A stretch of DNA of 28,792 nt, from NCBI GenBank assembly GCA_043725585.1, contig JAYSLK010000305.1, forward strand, positions 1 to 28,792, written 5' to 3'. Under the pieces are notes generated by a model that was not told where the DNA came from, searched no databases, and saw only the letters and a program-made list of their open reading frames with translations. This DNA is from Actinomycetota bacterium. Its GTDB lineage: Bacteria > Actinomycetota > Acidimicrobiia > Acidimicrobiales > Ilumatobacteraceae. The position numbers were made by a program, and so were the translations under genes. Below are positions 1 to 8,946 of the stretch, in pieces; positions within the stretch are counted from its first letter, which is position 1, and each line of letters opens with the position of its first letter.

Positions 1-753
1 CGCCCCGTGGGTGCGAACCACGAAGTTCTCACCGATCGTGGCCGCTCCACCTTCGTAGATGTAGTCGCCCAGGAACACCACGAAGTCGAGCTGCTGATCC
101 GCGATGTCGCGGTGTGCCGTGTAGAAGCCGTCCTGGTAGTTCTGACAACTCGCGCTCGCGAAGCGCACGAGCTGAGGTTCGGCAGTCATCGAGGGTGCCG
201 GCTGTGTACGGCCTACCAGGCTGGTGTATCCGCCGACTCGAAACCGGTAGTACCACCAGCCAGGGTCGATCGTGGCGAGCGCATGGACGCTGTGACCGTA
301 GGCGGCTGTGGCGACCACCGTGCCGTTGGCCGAGACGGTGCCGAAGCCCTCGTCGGAGGACACCTCCCACAGCACCTCGACGTCGTCGGGGGGCATGCCG
401 CCACCGTTCAGCGGATCGGGAGCGAGGCGGGTCCAGAGCACCACACCGTGGATGGCAGGATCACCGCTGGCGACACCCAGGGTGAACGGATCGCCACCGA
501 GGTCGATCGCGATCGTTTCGGGAGTGGTGAGGACGCTGGACACCGGCGTCGTGGGCGGCGGCTGCGTGTCCGGGGTCGGCGCCGGGGTCGATGATGTGTC
601 GGTCGTGGATGTTCCGGTGGTCGACGCCGTGGTGGTCGACTCGTCCACATCGGCCGCCGGCCCGTCGTCGCTGCACGCCCCCAGGGCCGTCGTGCCTCCG
701 GTCAGGATCGCAGCCGATCCGGTGAGGAACACGCGGCGGGAGATGGGAGTCAT
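1..753 (-). CDS. phoD: Alkaline phosphatase D family protein, Tat-exported lipoprotein (runs off the left edge)
   Basis: Hand translation (absent from ORF track): MTPISRRVFL (Tat motif) ... ALGAC (lipobox), Thr/Pro-rich linker, then PFTLGVASGDP, VVLWTRLAP, YYRF, FASASCQNYQDGFY, VFLGDYIYE, typical of PhoD. Confidence 0.92.
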   Translation of the reverse strand, partial: MTPISRRVFLTGSAAILTGGTTALGACSDDGPAADVDESTTTASTTGTSTTDTSSTPAPTPDTQPPPTTPVSSVLTTPETIAIDLGGDPFTLGVASGDPAIHGVVLWTRLAPDPLNGGGMPPDDVEVLWEVSSDEGFGTVSANGTVVATAAYGHSVHALATIDPGWWYYRFRVGGYTSLVGRTQPAPSMTAEPQLVRFASASCQNYQDGFYTAHRDIADQQLDFVVFLGDYIYEGGAATIGENFVVRTHGA

Positions 754-854
754 GCCGCCAAGTCTCGCCGAGATGGGATCGACCGCGGCGGCAGATGTCG
801 AGGGGTGGCTGGCTCAGATCGCCCGCAGAGGCGCTGATGGGTGAAACTGTGGCC

Positions 855-2177
855 ATGACCACCACGGATCGTCCTGCACCGGTCTCCCTCGACGGGTTCA
901 ACCCGTTCAGTGAGGCTGTCCAGCAGTGCCCGCACCTCTACTACCGAGCCATGCAAGAGCAAGCGCCGGTGTTCCACGTGCCCGGCACCGACCTGTACAT
1001 GGTCACCCGCCACGAGATGGTCACGCCGATCCTGCGCGACACCCAACTATTCTCCAACCGCTTCGGCAGCGCCGGCGAGCCCGCGACGGGCGAGGCGGCA
1101 GCCAGGATCAGGGAGGTGCTCGCCACGGGCTGGCCGCAGATTCCCACGATGCTGACCGTGGATCCGCCGTACCACACCCGCTATCGCGGCACGGTTGCGA
1201 GCTACTTCACGCCGCGCAAGATGGCCGACCTCCGCGCCCCGGTCGAAGCGATCGTCGATCGTCTGATCGACAACCTGCCCGAAGGCGATTTCGATCTGGT
1301 GCCGAAGTTCGCGGTTCCCCTGCCGATCGAGGCGATCGCGTGCATCCTGAACGTGCCGTCGGATCGCATGGCGGACTTCAAGCGCTGGAGCGACGACTCG
1401 ATCGCAAACATCGGCACCGCGATCACCGACGACCAGCGCATCGCGGCCTTCAGCGGGATCATCGAGTTCCAGCACTACTTCGCGGCTCAGCTCGAGAGCC
1501 GGCGTACCGATCCGCAGCAGGACCTGATGACCGATCTGGTCAACGCGCTGATCGACACCGACCCGGCAGAGGACGGGACCCCAGGCGAGAAGCGATTGCT
1601 CGACATGGCCGAGATGCTGTCGATCGTCCAGCAACTGCTGGTCGCCGGCAACGAGACGACCACCAAGGCGATCACCGAGGGCATCATGTTGCTCGCTCAG
1701 AACCCGGAGGTGTTCGCAAAGCTGCGAGCCGACCCTGCCGGGTACGCACTGCTGGTGACCGAGGAGGTCCTCCGCTTGTCCACCCCCACGCAGGGCATGT
1801 TCCGCGTGGTCACCCGCGACACCGAGCTCGCCGGGGTGCAGATCCCGAAGGGTTCGCGCCTGGTGGTGGTGTACGCGGGCGCCAACCGAGACACCAACAT
1901 CTGGGGTGACGACCCTGATCGTTTCGACCCCGATCGTCCGAACCTGAAGGATCATCTCGCGTTCGGCAAGGGCATCCACTTCTGTCTGGGGGCACCGCTG
2001 TCGCGCCTCGAGATGCAGGTCGCGTTCGAGCGGTTGGGTCGTCGGATCGAAGCGATCGAGTTGTCCGACGACAACCAGTTCCGCTACTTCCCGAGCTTCA
2101 TGCTGCGCGGTCTCACCGGCCTCAACGTCAGGATGCGCAAGGCCGAGACCGCATCTGCGGAGATGGCTGATGTCTGA
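855..2177 (+). CDS. Cytochrome P450
   Basis: I-helix AGNETT, EEVLR (ExxR), heme motif [10 protein letters not shown]. Start moved to ATG 855 (GAAACT 6 nt upstream suggests a leaderless start). Confidence 0.95.
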   Translation: MTTTDRPAPVSLDGFNPFSEAVQQCPHLYYRAMQEQAPVFHVPGTDLYMVTRHEMVTPILRDTQLFSNRFGSAGEPATGEAAARIREVLATGWPQIPTMLTVDPPYHTRYRGTVASYFTPRKMADLRAPVEAIVDRLIDNLPEGDFDLVPKFAVPLPIEAIACILNVPSDRMADFKRWSDDSIANIGTAITDDQRIAAFSGIIEFQHYFAAQLESRRTDPQQDLMTDLVNALIDTDPAEDGTPGEKRLLDMAEMLSIVQQLLVAGNETTTKAITEGIMLLAQNPEVFAKLRADPAGYALLVTEEVLRLSTPTQGMFRVVTRDTELAGVQIPKGSRLVVVYAGANRDTNIWGDDPDRFDPDRPNLKDHLAFGKGIHFCLGAPLSRLEMQVAFERLGRRIEAIELSDDNQFRYFPSFMLRGLTGLNVRMRKAETASAEMADV

Positions 2178-2565
2178 CCGCGTGCTCGTGGCCAAGGTGG
2201 GCCTCGATGGCCACGACCGCGGCGTGAAGGTGGTGGCGCGCATCTTGCGCGACGCCGGCTTCGAGGTGATCTACACCGGGTTGTTCCAAACCCCCGAGAA
2301 GGTCGCTGCCGCGGCGATCGACGAAGACGTCGACGCCGTGGGGTTGTCGATGTTGAGCGGTGCACACATGACGCTGGCGCCCTTGGTGGTGGCCAAACTT
2401 CGGGAGATGGGCGCCGACATCCCGGTGGTGGTCGGTGGCATCATCCCCGACCGTGACGCGACCAAGCTCCGTGACGTAGGAGTCGCCGGCGTCCTCACCC
2501 CCGGTGCGACCGCCGACGAGGTCGTCGCGTGTCTGCGTGACGTGATCGCAGCCAGCCGGGCCTGA
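2170..2565 (+). CDS. Stand-alone cobalamin-binding domain (acyl-CoA mutase small subunit / methylmalonyl-CoA mutase C-terminal type)
   Basis: [11 protein letters not shown] (DxHxxG), [25 protein letters not shown]. Overlaps the P450 3' end by 8 nt. Confidence 0.93.
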   Translation: MSDRVLVAKVGLDGHDRGVKVVARILRDAGFEVIYTGLFQTPEKVAAAAIDEDVDAVGLSMLSGAHMTLAPLVVAKLREMGADIPVVVGGIIPDRDATKLRDVGVAGVLTPGATADEVVACLRDVIAASRA

Positions 2566-2572
2566 GCCGGAC

Positions 2573-2596
2573 CAGATCCGGCCCTGAGCGGGTCTG
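2573..2596 (+). terminator. GC-rich hairpin after the P450/B12 pair, possible terminator
   Basis: CAGATCCG-gccctgag-CGGGTCTG (8 bp, one G-U), 7 nt after the stop; no U-tract. Confidence 0.45.
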
Positions 2597-2674
2597 CGGT
2601 CAACGGTCGGCACACGGGTGCGCAGGCGCGCCGCTGTCCGCCGGTGCGGCACGGAATCCCCTACATTCAATGCG

Positions 2675-3655
2675 ATGGGTCCGTCGCCGCTCGAACGAGT
2701 CACGAATCTCCTGACGCTGTTGCTCGAGACACGTGTGCCGCTGACGCTCAAGCAGGTGTCTCACGAGCTGGCTGGCATGTACCCCGATAAGCACGTTGCC
2801 CTGCGGGGGGCGTTCGAGCGCGACAAGGCGCTCCTGCGCGACATCGGTGTGCCCATCGAGACCGAGGTGTTGGGTGGCGATCAAGCTGGTGAGACGGCGT
2901 ATCGCATCGATCGCGATCGGTACGAACTCCGTGGACTGCACCTCGATGACGATGAACGTCACGCGCTCCAGATGGCGGTCGCGACGATCAGATCGGACGC
3001 CGGCCAGGAGGGTCTGTGGAAGCTCGGCGGCTCGGTGCTGGCCAGCTCGTCGGTGGTGACCAACGTGGTCCAACACGTTGCCCTCCCGATCCTGCGGGCC
3101 GCATCGGGCAGTCGCAACGCGGTCACCTTTCGTTACCGCGGGATCGAGCGCGAGCTCCACCCGTACGGGCTGTTGCTCCGAGAGGGATTCTGGTACGCCA
3201 TCGGTCACGATCGAGACCATGCCGAGGTGCGCACCTACCGCGTCGATCGGATCGAGGGCGATGTGGTGTCGCACCCGAACAAGACGTTCGAGCGTCCCGA
3301 GGGTTTCGACGTTCGTGCTGCGTTCCCCGCCGATGCCAAGCTCCTGGGTGAGTCCGACGATGGTGCCGGCACCGCCGAAGTGGCCGTCGATCCACCGCTC
3401 GCCGACGTGGTTCGAGCCGAACTGGGCGCTGCTTCCGTGGCGCGCGAGGACGCAGGCGTCGTGGTGTTCAACGTGCCGTGTGTGAACCGAGACGCGTTCC
3501 GTTCCTGGGTGCTCGGCCTCGGTGCTCGCGCCGAGGTGCTCGGACCTCCGCAGGTCCGCGCCGACCTGGTCGCATGGTTGCGGTCGGTCGCCGCCCTGCC
3601 TGGTCACCCCCCACACCCGCAAGCCGACGCTGACCCGCAAGCCGGTGCGACATGA
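2675..3655 (+). CDS. pafB: WYL-domain transcriptional regulator, PafB-like
   Basis: N-terminal HTH with FERDKALLRDIGVPIET and YRID; WYL core PYGLLLREGFWYAIGHD, RTYRVDRI; WCX-like C-terminus. TACATT lies 7 nt before ATG 2675. Confidence 0.88.
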   Translation: MGPSPLERVTNLLTLLLETRVPLTLKQVSHELAGMYPDKHVALRGAFERDKALLRDIGVPIETEVLGGDQAGETAYRIDRDRYELRGLHLDDDERHALQMAVATIRSDAGQEGLWKLGGSVLASSSVVTNVVQHVALPILRAASGSRNAVTFRYRGIERELHPYGLLLREGFWYAIGHDRDHAEVRTYRVDRIEGDVVSHPNKTFERPEGFDVRAAFPADAKLLGESDDGAGTAEVAVDPPLADVVRAELGAASVAREDAGVVVFNVPCVNRDAFRSWVLGLGARAEVLGPPQVRADLVAWLRSVAALPGHPPHPQADADPQAGAT

Positions 3656-4605
3656 CCCAGAAGGGACCGTCGTCGCTCAAGGTGCGGCTGCGTCGGCTGC
3701 TCGTGATCCTTCCGTGGCTCGCAGAGCGGGGCAGTGCATCGCTGGCCGAGATGTGCGAGCGATTCCAGATCAGCGAGAAAGAGCTCGTCGCCGATCTCGA
3801 ACAGGCGGCGATGTGTGGGTTGCCGCCGTTCCTCGACGAGTTGGTCGACCTGTACATCGATGACGATGGCGTCGCCCACATCGACGTCCCTCGCTTCTTC
3901 ACCCGGCCGTTGCGGCTCACCGCTCCCGAAGGCTTCTCGCTGCTGATGGCAGGACGGCATGCGCTCGCACTGCCCGGTGCTGAGGCCGATGGGCCGCTGG
4001 CTCGGGCACTTGCCAAGCTCGAAGCCGTGCTCGGATCTGATGGCATGGTGCTCGACCTGGCTCAGCCGGCCTCGACCGCTGAGTTGATGGCAGCGGTCAC
4101 GACGGCGGCCGAGGTCAGCATCTCCTACGTGTCGGCGTCGAGCGACGAAGTGTCCGAGCGAATCATCGTGCCGCGCGCGGTCTTCTCCGATCGAGGCCGT
4201 TGGTACGTGCTCGCCGATGACGATCGTTCGCGGGAGGAACGCACCTTCCGCATCGATCGGATCCTCGCGTGCGAGACGACCGGTCGGCATGCCCAGGCCC
4301 GGGAGGTGAGGGTGCCGAGCGGTGATGACTGGTTCGACGACCTGCCTGCGATGGCCACGGTGACGTTGCGGGTTGCCCCGGCGGGTCGGTGGGTGGTGGA
4401 GCGATTCCCCGTTCGTTCGGTACGCGACCACGAATCGGGCGACGGTTCGCTCGTGGTGGAGATGGCCGTGGTGAGCGAAGGTTGGCTGCGCCAGGTGCTC
4501 GTTCGGCTCGGACGGGATGCGGCCGTGCTCGCTCCCGACGAGTGGTGCGACCTCGGCGCTCGCGCCGCTGCCGAGCTGCTCGCAGCCCGCTACGTCGCCG
4601 ACTGA
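3652..4605 (+). CDS. pafC: WYL-domain transcriptional regulator, PafC-like
   Basis: RLRRLLVILPWL, MCGLPPF..DELVDL, RPLRLTAPE, WYVLA, RTFRIDRI; ATGA overlap with pafB. Confidence 0.88.
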   Translation: MTQKGPSSLKVRLRRLLVILPWLAERGSASLAEMCERFQISEKELVADLEQAAMCGLPPFLDELVDLYIDDDGVAHIDVPRFFTRPLRLTAPEGFSLLMAGRHALALPGAEADGPLARALAKLEAVLGSDGMVLDLAQPASTAELMAAVTTAAEVSISYVSASSDEVSERIIVPRAVFSDRGRWYVLADDDRSREERTFRIDRILACETTGRHAQAREVRVPSGDDWFDDLPAMATVTLRVAPAGRWVVERFPVRSVRDHESGDGSLVVEMAVVSEGWLRQVLVRLGRDAAVLAPDEWCDLGARAAAELLAARYVAD

Positions 4606-5243
4606 CGCTTCCCGCGGCTTCTCGCGCGGTCTGCCCTTCCGGCATGAGCCACCCGGTCGACAGCCTGCCGGGCGATGTGCTCGTCGAGCTGCTGACCGGT
4701 GGTGATGCCGTGCGCTTCCAGGAGATGCGGCAGCACGGCGGCGGTGGCGTCGGCGTCGGCCAGCGCATCGTGAGGTCGGACGAGGGTGACCCCGTATCGC
4801 TCGCACAGCGCGCCCAGCCGATGTGGCATCGTTCGGCCGGGATCGAGGCGGCGCGACAGCCGGAGCGTGCACAGCGTGCGACCCACGGGGAGCGCCGTGC
4901 CGACCTCGTCGGCAGCCTTGCGCAGGAAGGCGAGATCGAAGTCGGCGTTGTGGGCGACGAACACTGCGTGATCAACCGACGTGGCCAGCCGTTGCATGAC
5001 CTGGGACAGCGATGGGGCGTCTCGGACGTCGCGGCGACGGATGCCGTGGAGCTTGGTCGGACCGACCCGATAGAAGAGCCGCCGGCGTGGTCGAGCCAGG
5101 CTTGCCCATCGATCGATCACCGTGCCGCCGCCATCGACGACGACGACGCCGACCTGCAACACCCGATCACGCCGGACCGACAGACCCGACGTCTCGACAT
5201 CGACCACCGCGAACCGCACGGAGGGGCCGTCGAGGGAGTGCAC
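4590..5243 (-). CDS. DEDDh 3'-5' exonuclease (DnaQ/epsilon-like)
   Basis: VVDVETSG, TKLHGI, VAHNADFDLAFL, CTLRLSR, HDALADA. 3' end overlaps pafC by 16 nt. Confidence 0.92.
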   Translation of the reverse strand: MHSLDGPSVRFAVVDVETSGLSVRRDRVLQVGVVVVDGGGTVIDRWASLARPRRRLFYRVGPTKLHGIRRRDVRDAPSLSQVMQRLATSVDHAVFVAHNADFDLAFLRKAADEVGTALPVGRTLCTLRLSRRLDPGRTMPHRLGALCERYGVTLVRPHDALADADATAAVLPHLLEAHGITTGQQLDEHIARQAVDRVAHAGRADRARSRGKRQSAT

Positions 5244-5249
5244 GTCGCC

Positions 5250-5271
5250 ACCCTATTCCGCAGGTGTGACG
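5250..5271 (-). promoter_or_regulatory. Leaderless promoter of the exonuclease, candidate PafBC-type
   Basis: Minus strand CGTCAC-acctgcggaa-TAGGGT, then 6 nt, then GTG start. The -10 is convincing; the upstream hexamer matches TGTCGG at only 3 of 6. Confidence 0.5.
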
Positions 5272-5284
5272 ACTCCCATGGCGA

Positions 5285-5320
5285 TGTCGGAGGAGGTGTC
5301 AGCGGAGGTGCCGGTGGGCA
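5285..5320. repeat. Three degenerate 12-bp direct repeats
   Basis: TGTCGGAGGAGG / TGTCAGCGGAGG / TGCCGGTGGGCA starting at 5285, 5297 and 5309. Confidence 0.5.
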
Positions 5321-5344
5321 ATCGGGAGATGGCTGCGATGTCGA

Positions 5345-5689
5345 TCAGTTCGCGTGTGCCCGGGCGCGAACGCCGATGGGTGCAGCGACCGTGAAGCCCG
5401 CCAGGTGACGGTCCTCTTCGCTCTCGCCGCCCCAGAAGCCGTACTCGTGCTTGCCGCGAGCGAACTCCTGGCAATGTTGCTGGACCGGGCAGGTGTTGCA
5501 CAGCAATCGGGCGTGAGCCTCTCTCCGCACTCGCGCCTGAGGCCGTTCGGCACGAGGTGGGAAGAACAGATTGGTTCGACCTTTGCAGGCTGCAAGGCTC
5601 ATCCATGCCGTTTCATCCGCCGCATGACCGACGAGCCTCAGAAGCTGGTGCTGGTGACCCTCGGACTGAACGAATTCGACTGCTGCCAT
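5345..5689 (-). CDS. whiB: WhiB family Fe-S transcriptional regulator (WhiB3/WhiD-like)
   Basis: Four Cys (AAC, CNTC, HC), YGFWGG, and FFPPRAERPQARVRRE resembling the WhiB3/WhiD subgroup; GAGGGG before the ATG. Confidence 0.92.
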   Translation of the reverse strand: MAAVEFVQSEGHQHQLLRLVGHAADETAWMSLAACKGRTNLFFPPRAERPQARVRREAHARLLCNTCPVQQHCQEFARGKHEYGFWGGESEEDRHLAGFTVAAPIGVRARAHAN

Positions 5690-5904
5690 CGCCCCTCTGC
5701 CCCCGCCCGTGCCGGAGATGCGGCACCGCCCTGTCGTCGACAGACGCCGGGAATCGCGAGATCACGGTTCCCCGTCGCGCCGACGAGATTTAACACTAAT
5801 TGATACGGAGGCAACAAGGAAGCGGATTTTCGTTTCTGAAGAACGTCGGTGAGTCCGGTGTCGTGTGGGCCGCCCAAGGTGTTCCGGTGGGGGTGTTCTG
5901 GTCC

Positions 5905-7260
5905 TCAGAGCAGCGTGGCGGCCAGGCTGGCCACTGCGCTGCGTTCGCAGGACGACAACGTGATGTGGCCGAAGCAGCGCTGTCCGCCGAACGCTTGGAT
6001 CAAGACGGCGAGCGCGTTGTTCGACTCACCGAGGTAGGGCGCATCGATCTGGCTGGTGTCACCCGTGAAGACCACCTTGGTGCCCTCGCCGATACGTGTG
6101 AGGATCGTCTTCAGGGTGGTCGGTTCCAGGTTCTGCGCCTCGTCGACGACCACGAACTGGCGGTGCAACGAGCGCCCACGCAGGAATGTGACGCTCTCGA
6201 GCGACAACTGGCTGCGGTTCGTGAGCTCGTCGATGAGCGAGCGGGCGTCATGGCTGCTGCGCTGATCGGTGAGAGCAACGATCGCGTCGTGAATCGCCGA
6301 CATCCAGGGATCGAGCTTCTCGTCGAGACCGCCAGGCAGGAAACCGACGTCGGCTTTGCCCACCGCGACGAGCGGACGGTAGATCGCCAAGCGTTCGAAC
6401 GTGCGAGCTTCGACGACTTGCTCGAGGCCGGCGGCGATCGCCAGCAGCGTCTTGCCCGTGCCGGCGCATCCGTCGAGTGCGACCACGCTGACGTCGGGAT
6501 CGAGCAGGAGTTCGAGTGCGAATCGCTGCTCTTTCGAACGCGAGCGGAGTCCCCACGCCTCGGGCGGCTGATGGGGCAGCAACACCCATTCGTCGTCGAC
6601 GCGGCGTACGAGGGCGGACTGAGATCCGAGGCGCAATACGGCGAACGTGTTCTCCTTGGTGTCTCTGCCTTCGTCGAGGGCGTCGACGGCGATCGCGCCG
6701 GCAGCGTAGAGATCGTCGATCTGTTCGTGCTGTGCGCTGAAGGTGCGCCAGCCCGTGTCGCGTGTATCCGCGCTGCGACCCACCGGGCGATGCTCGGCGG
6801 CGCGCAGCCCCAGATGGGCAGCCTTGATCCGCAGTGCAGCGTCGTTCGACACGATCGTGGTGGGTGCGTGCTGGGCTTGACCGAGCGCTGCGCCGATGAT
6901 GCGATTGTCGGCCACCTGTGGGTCGAGCCCGTGTTCGACGAGGAGATGGCGCTGAACGCCGTTGATCTCGATCCGCAAGGTGCCCGGAGCGCCTGCGATG
7001 AGCGGCACAGCTGTTGCGAGGGAGCCGCCTGCCCCGACACGGATCTCCTCGATCGACCGCAGGGCCGTTCGCGCCGCACGGCCGACGTCGTCGAGTCGCG
7101 TCTTCAACGAGTCGAGCTCTTCGATCACGGTGAGAGGGATCACCACGTCGGCGTCCCCGAAGCCGTGGATGCTGCCTGGGTCTGCCACGAGCACCGATGT
7201 GTCGAGGACGATTCGGACACGAGTCGATGCACCGGTGCCTCCGTGCTCACCCCCTTCCAT
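5905..7260 (-). CDS. PIN-PhoH fusion (PhoH2-type RNase/ATP-dependent RNA helicase)
   Basis: PIN VLDTSVL, VIEELD, DNRII, VSND; Walker A GCAGTGKT; GFLPG; RGRS; DEAQN; GDTSQID. Start at ATG 7260 is my choice. Confidence 0.92.
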   Translation of the reverse strand: MEGGEHGGTGASTRVRIVLDTSVLVADPGSIHGFGDADVVIPLTVIEELDSLKTRLDDVGRAARTALRSIEEIRVGAGGSLATAVPLIAGAPGTLRIEINGVQRHLLVEHGLDPQVADNRIIGAALGQAQHAPTTIVSNDAALRIKAAHLGLRAAEHRPVGRSADTRDTGWRTFSAQHEQIDDLYAAGAIAVDALDEGRDTKENTFAVLRLGSQSALVRRVDDEWVLLPHQPPEAWGLRSRSKEQRFALELLLDPDVSVVALDGCAGTGKTLLAIAAGLEQVVEARTFERLAIYRPLVAVGKADVGFLPGGLDEKLDPWMSAIHDAIVALTDQRSSHDARSLIDELTNRSQLSLESVTFLRGRSLHRQFVVVDEAQNLEPTTLKTILTRIGEGTKVVFTGDTSQIDAPYLGESNNALAVLIQAFGGQRCFGHITLSSCERSAVASLAATLL

Positions 7261-7469
7261 CGATCCGTCGGACGACAGCGGGAAAGCCAGGTCGGTCAAC
7301 GCCACTCCTCGATGGGAAGAACCCGTGACGGGCAATGTCGGATGCAGGAATGCAACATGCACTGCTTACCCGATCGACGTCGGCGCCGGGCGGATATCCG
7401 TGAGGCGTTCACGCTCCGTTCATCGGGAACGATCGCATCGCGCTTCCGGATGGGCTCACTCGGTTGGGC

Positions 7470-8018
7470 TCACAGGGTGTCGGGGATGCCGTCGTCGAGC
7501 TGAACCCCGCAGCTGTTCAGCGCCATCGACACGAGGTGGTAGTTGCCGACGGTGAAGATCAGGTCGAGCATCTGTTCCGTGTCGTAGCGGCCGGCGAGGG
7601 TGGCCCAGGTGACGTCGGAGATCTTGCTGTCATCGTGCAGTTCGTCGACGGCGCGGAGAAGTGCTGCGTCGAATGACGACCAGGCTGGATGATCCGGGCC
7701 GGCCTTCACCCGGTCGATCTCGTCGACGGTGATGTCGCACCGCTGCGCGATCACGTGATGCTGGCCGAACTCGTACGGTGCCGAACAACGGACGCCGACG
7801 CGAAGGATCAACAGTTCGCGATCGCGCGGTGCGAGCGTGTTCTTCGACATCACGTGAGTCGCGAACACCAACCACCGGCGCAGCAGCGCAGGATGGTGAG
7901 CGAGGGTTGCGAAGATGTTCAGGGTCGTGCCGTCGGGGGCGCGCATCCCGCCTTTGATGTACAGCTCCACCACGTCGGGCGAGGGATCATCGACAGGGAA
8001 GATGCGAGGTGTGCTCAT
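7470..8018 (-). CDS. Carboxymuconolactone decarboxylase (CMD/AhpD-like) family protein
   Basis: LNIFATLAHHP, RDRELLILR, YEFGQH, AVDELHD, DLIFTVGNYH. Confidence 0.85.
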   Translation of the reverse strand: MSTPRIFPVDDPSPDVVELYIKGGMRAPDGTTLNIFATLAHHPALLRRWLVFATHVMSKNTLAPRDRELLILRVGVRCSAPYEFGQHHVIAQRCDITVDEIDRVKAGPDHPAWSSFDAALLRAVDELHDDSKISDVTWATLAGRYDTEQMLDLIFTVGNYHLVSMALNSCGVQLDDGIPDTL

Positions 8019-8046
8019 GGCTCGATCTTCGCGCCAGACTGAGCCG

Positions 8047-8466
8047 ATGGACGAGGGGTGCGTGTTCTGTGGGATCGTTCACGGTGAGGTGGCGGCCGAT
8101 GTGGTCTTCGACGACGACGTCGCTGTCGCCTTTCTCGATCGATCACCGGTGTTCAAAGGTCACGTCCTCGTGGTGCCGCGCGCACATGTCGTCACGCTCG
8201 CCGATCTCGATACAGCTCTCGTCGGTCCGTTCTTCGAACGAGTTCAGCTCATCTCACGGGCGTTGCCGAGTGCGCTCGATGCGCACGGAACCTTCGTCGC
8301 GAACAACAACGTCGTCAGTCAGAGCGTGGCCCACCTCCACGTGCACATCGTCCCCAGGCGATGGCGCGACGGGCTTCGCGGCTTCTTCTGGCCGCGCCAG
8401 AATTACGTGCCCGGAGAGGCTGAGCGTTACGCCGATGCGATTCGCGCCTCCTTGCGTACAGGCTGA
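8047..8466 (+). CDS. HIT family nucleotide hydrolase
   Basis: CVFC zinc motif, GHVLVVPR, histidine triad HLHVHIV; start at ATG 8047. Confidence 0.93.
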   Translation: MDEGCVFCGIVHGEVAADVVFDDDVAVAFLDRSPVFKGHVLVVPRAHVVTLADLDTALVGPFFERVQLISRALPSALDAHGTFVANNNVVSQSVAHLHVHIVPRRWRDGLRGFFWPRQNYVPGEAERYADAIRASLRTG

Positions 8467-8518
8467 CAACTTGCACTCTCCAGGGGAGCAGATCCGGATC
8501 GCACGAGACGAGCGTCAC

Positions 8519-8597
8519 TCATTGCATTTGCAATGATGAGGGTACTTGCTATTCGTCATCGAAACGGGTTCGATACGCGGGCGTAACGAACCGTTAC
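8519..8597. promoter_or_regulatory. AT-rich HU upstream region with two operator-like palindromes
   Basis: TCATTGCA-tt-TGCAATGA (8519-8536) and GTAACG-aac-CGTTAC (8583-8597). Confidence 0.5.
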
Positions 8598-8633
8598 ACC
8601 GGGAACAACCGATACGAAGAGGTATCAGCAGAC

Positions 8634-8918
8634 ATGACCAAAGCAGAGTTGATCGACGCGGTGGCCACGAAGTCGGGCGTCACCAAGGCTGACGCTGAGC
8701 GCGTCGTTGGTGCGTTCTTCGACATCGTCACGACGACTGCGAAGAAGGGCGACAAGGTTGCGTGGCCGGGCTTCGGCTCGTTCAGCACCTCGAAGTCGAA
8801 GGCTCGCACGGGCCGCAACCCACAGACCGGCGAAGCAGTGAAGATCGCTGCCTCCACCCGGATGAAGTTCACCTCGAGCAGCACGCTCAAGGGTGTTCTC
8901 AACCCCAAGAAGAAGTAA
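8634..8918 (+). CDS. hup: HU family DNA-binding protein, short form with no fused tail
   Basis: MTKAELIDAVA, GFGSF, ARTGRNPQTGE; GAAGAGG ribosome-binding site. Confidence 0.96.
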   Translation: MTKAELIDAVATKSGVTKADAERVVGAFFDIVTTTAKKGDKVAWPGFGSFSTSKSKARTGRNPQTGEAVKIAASTRMKFTSSSTLKGVLNPKKK

Positions 8919-8946
8919 CCCAGGACCAGAGAAGGAACAAACACTG

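Noticed and set aside
7279-7320. GGGAAAGCCAGG...GCCACT-cctcga-TGGGAAG, resembling a cobalamin riboswitch B12 box
   Set aside because: It is on the strand opposite the PIN-PhoH gene it would precede, no plus-strand gene follows, the CGGTGxAAxTCC and ACTGT elements are absent, and the element order is wrong. An Rfam scan would settle it.
8469-8495. HrcA CIRCE-like half-site TTGCACTC upstream of hup
   Set aside because: No matching GAGTGC arm at 9-nt spacing.
8533-8586. 17-aa ORF MMRVLAIRHRNGFDTRA upstream of hup
   Set aside because: No RBS or properly spaced -10, atypical codon usage, and it overlaps the palindromic promoter region.
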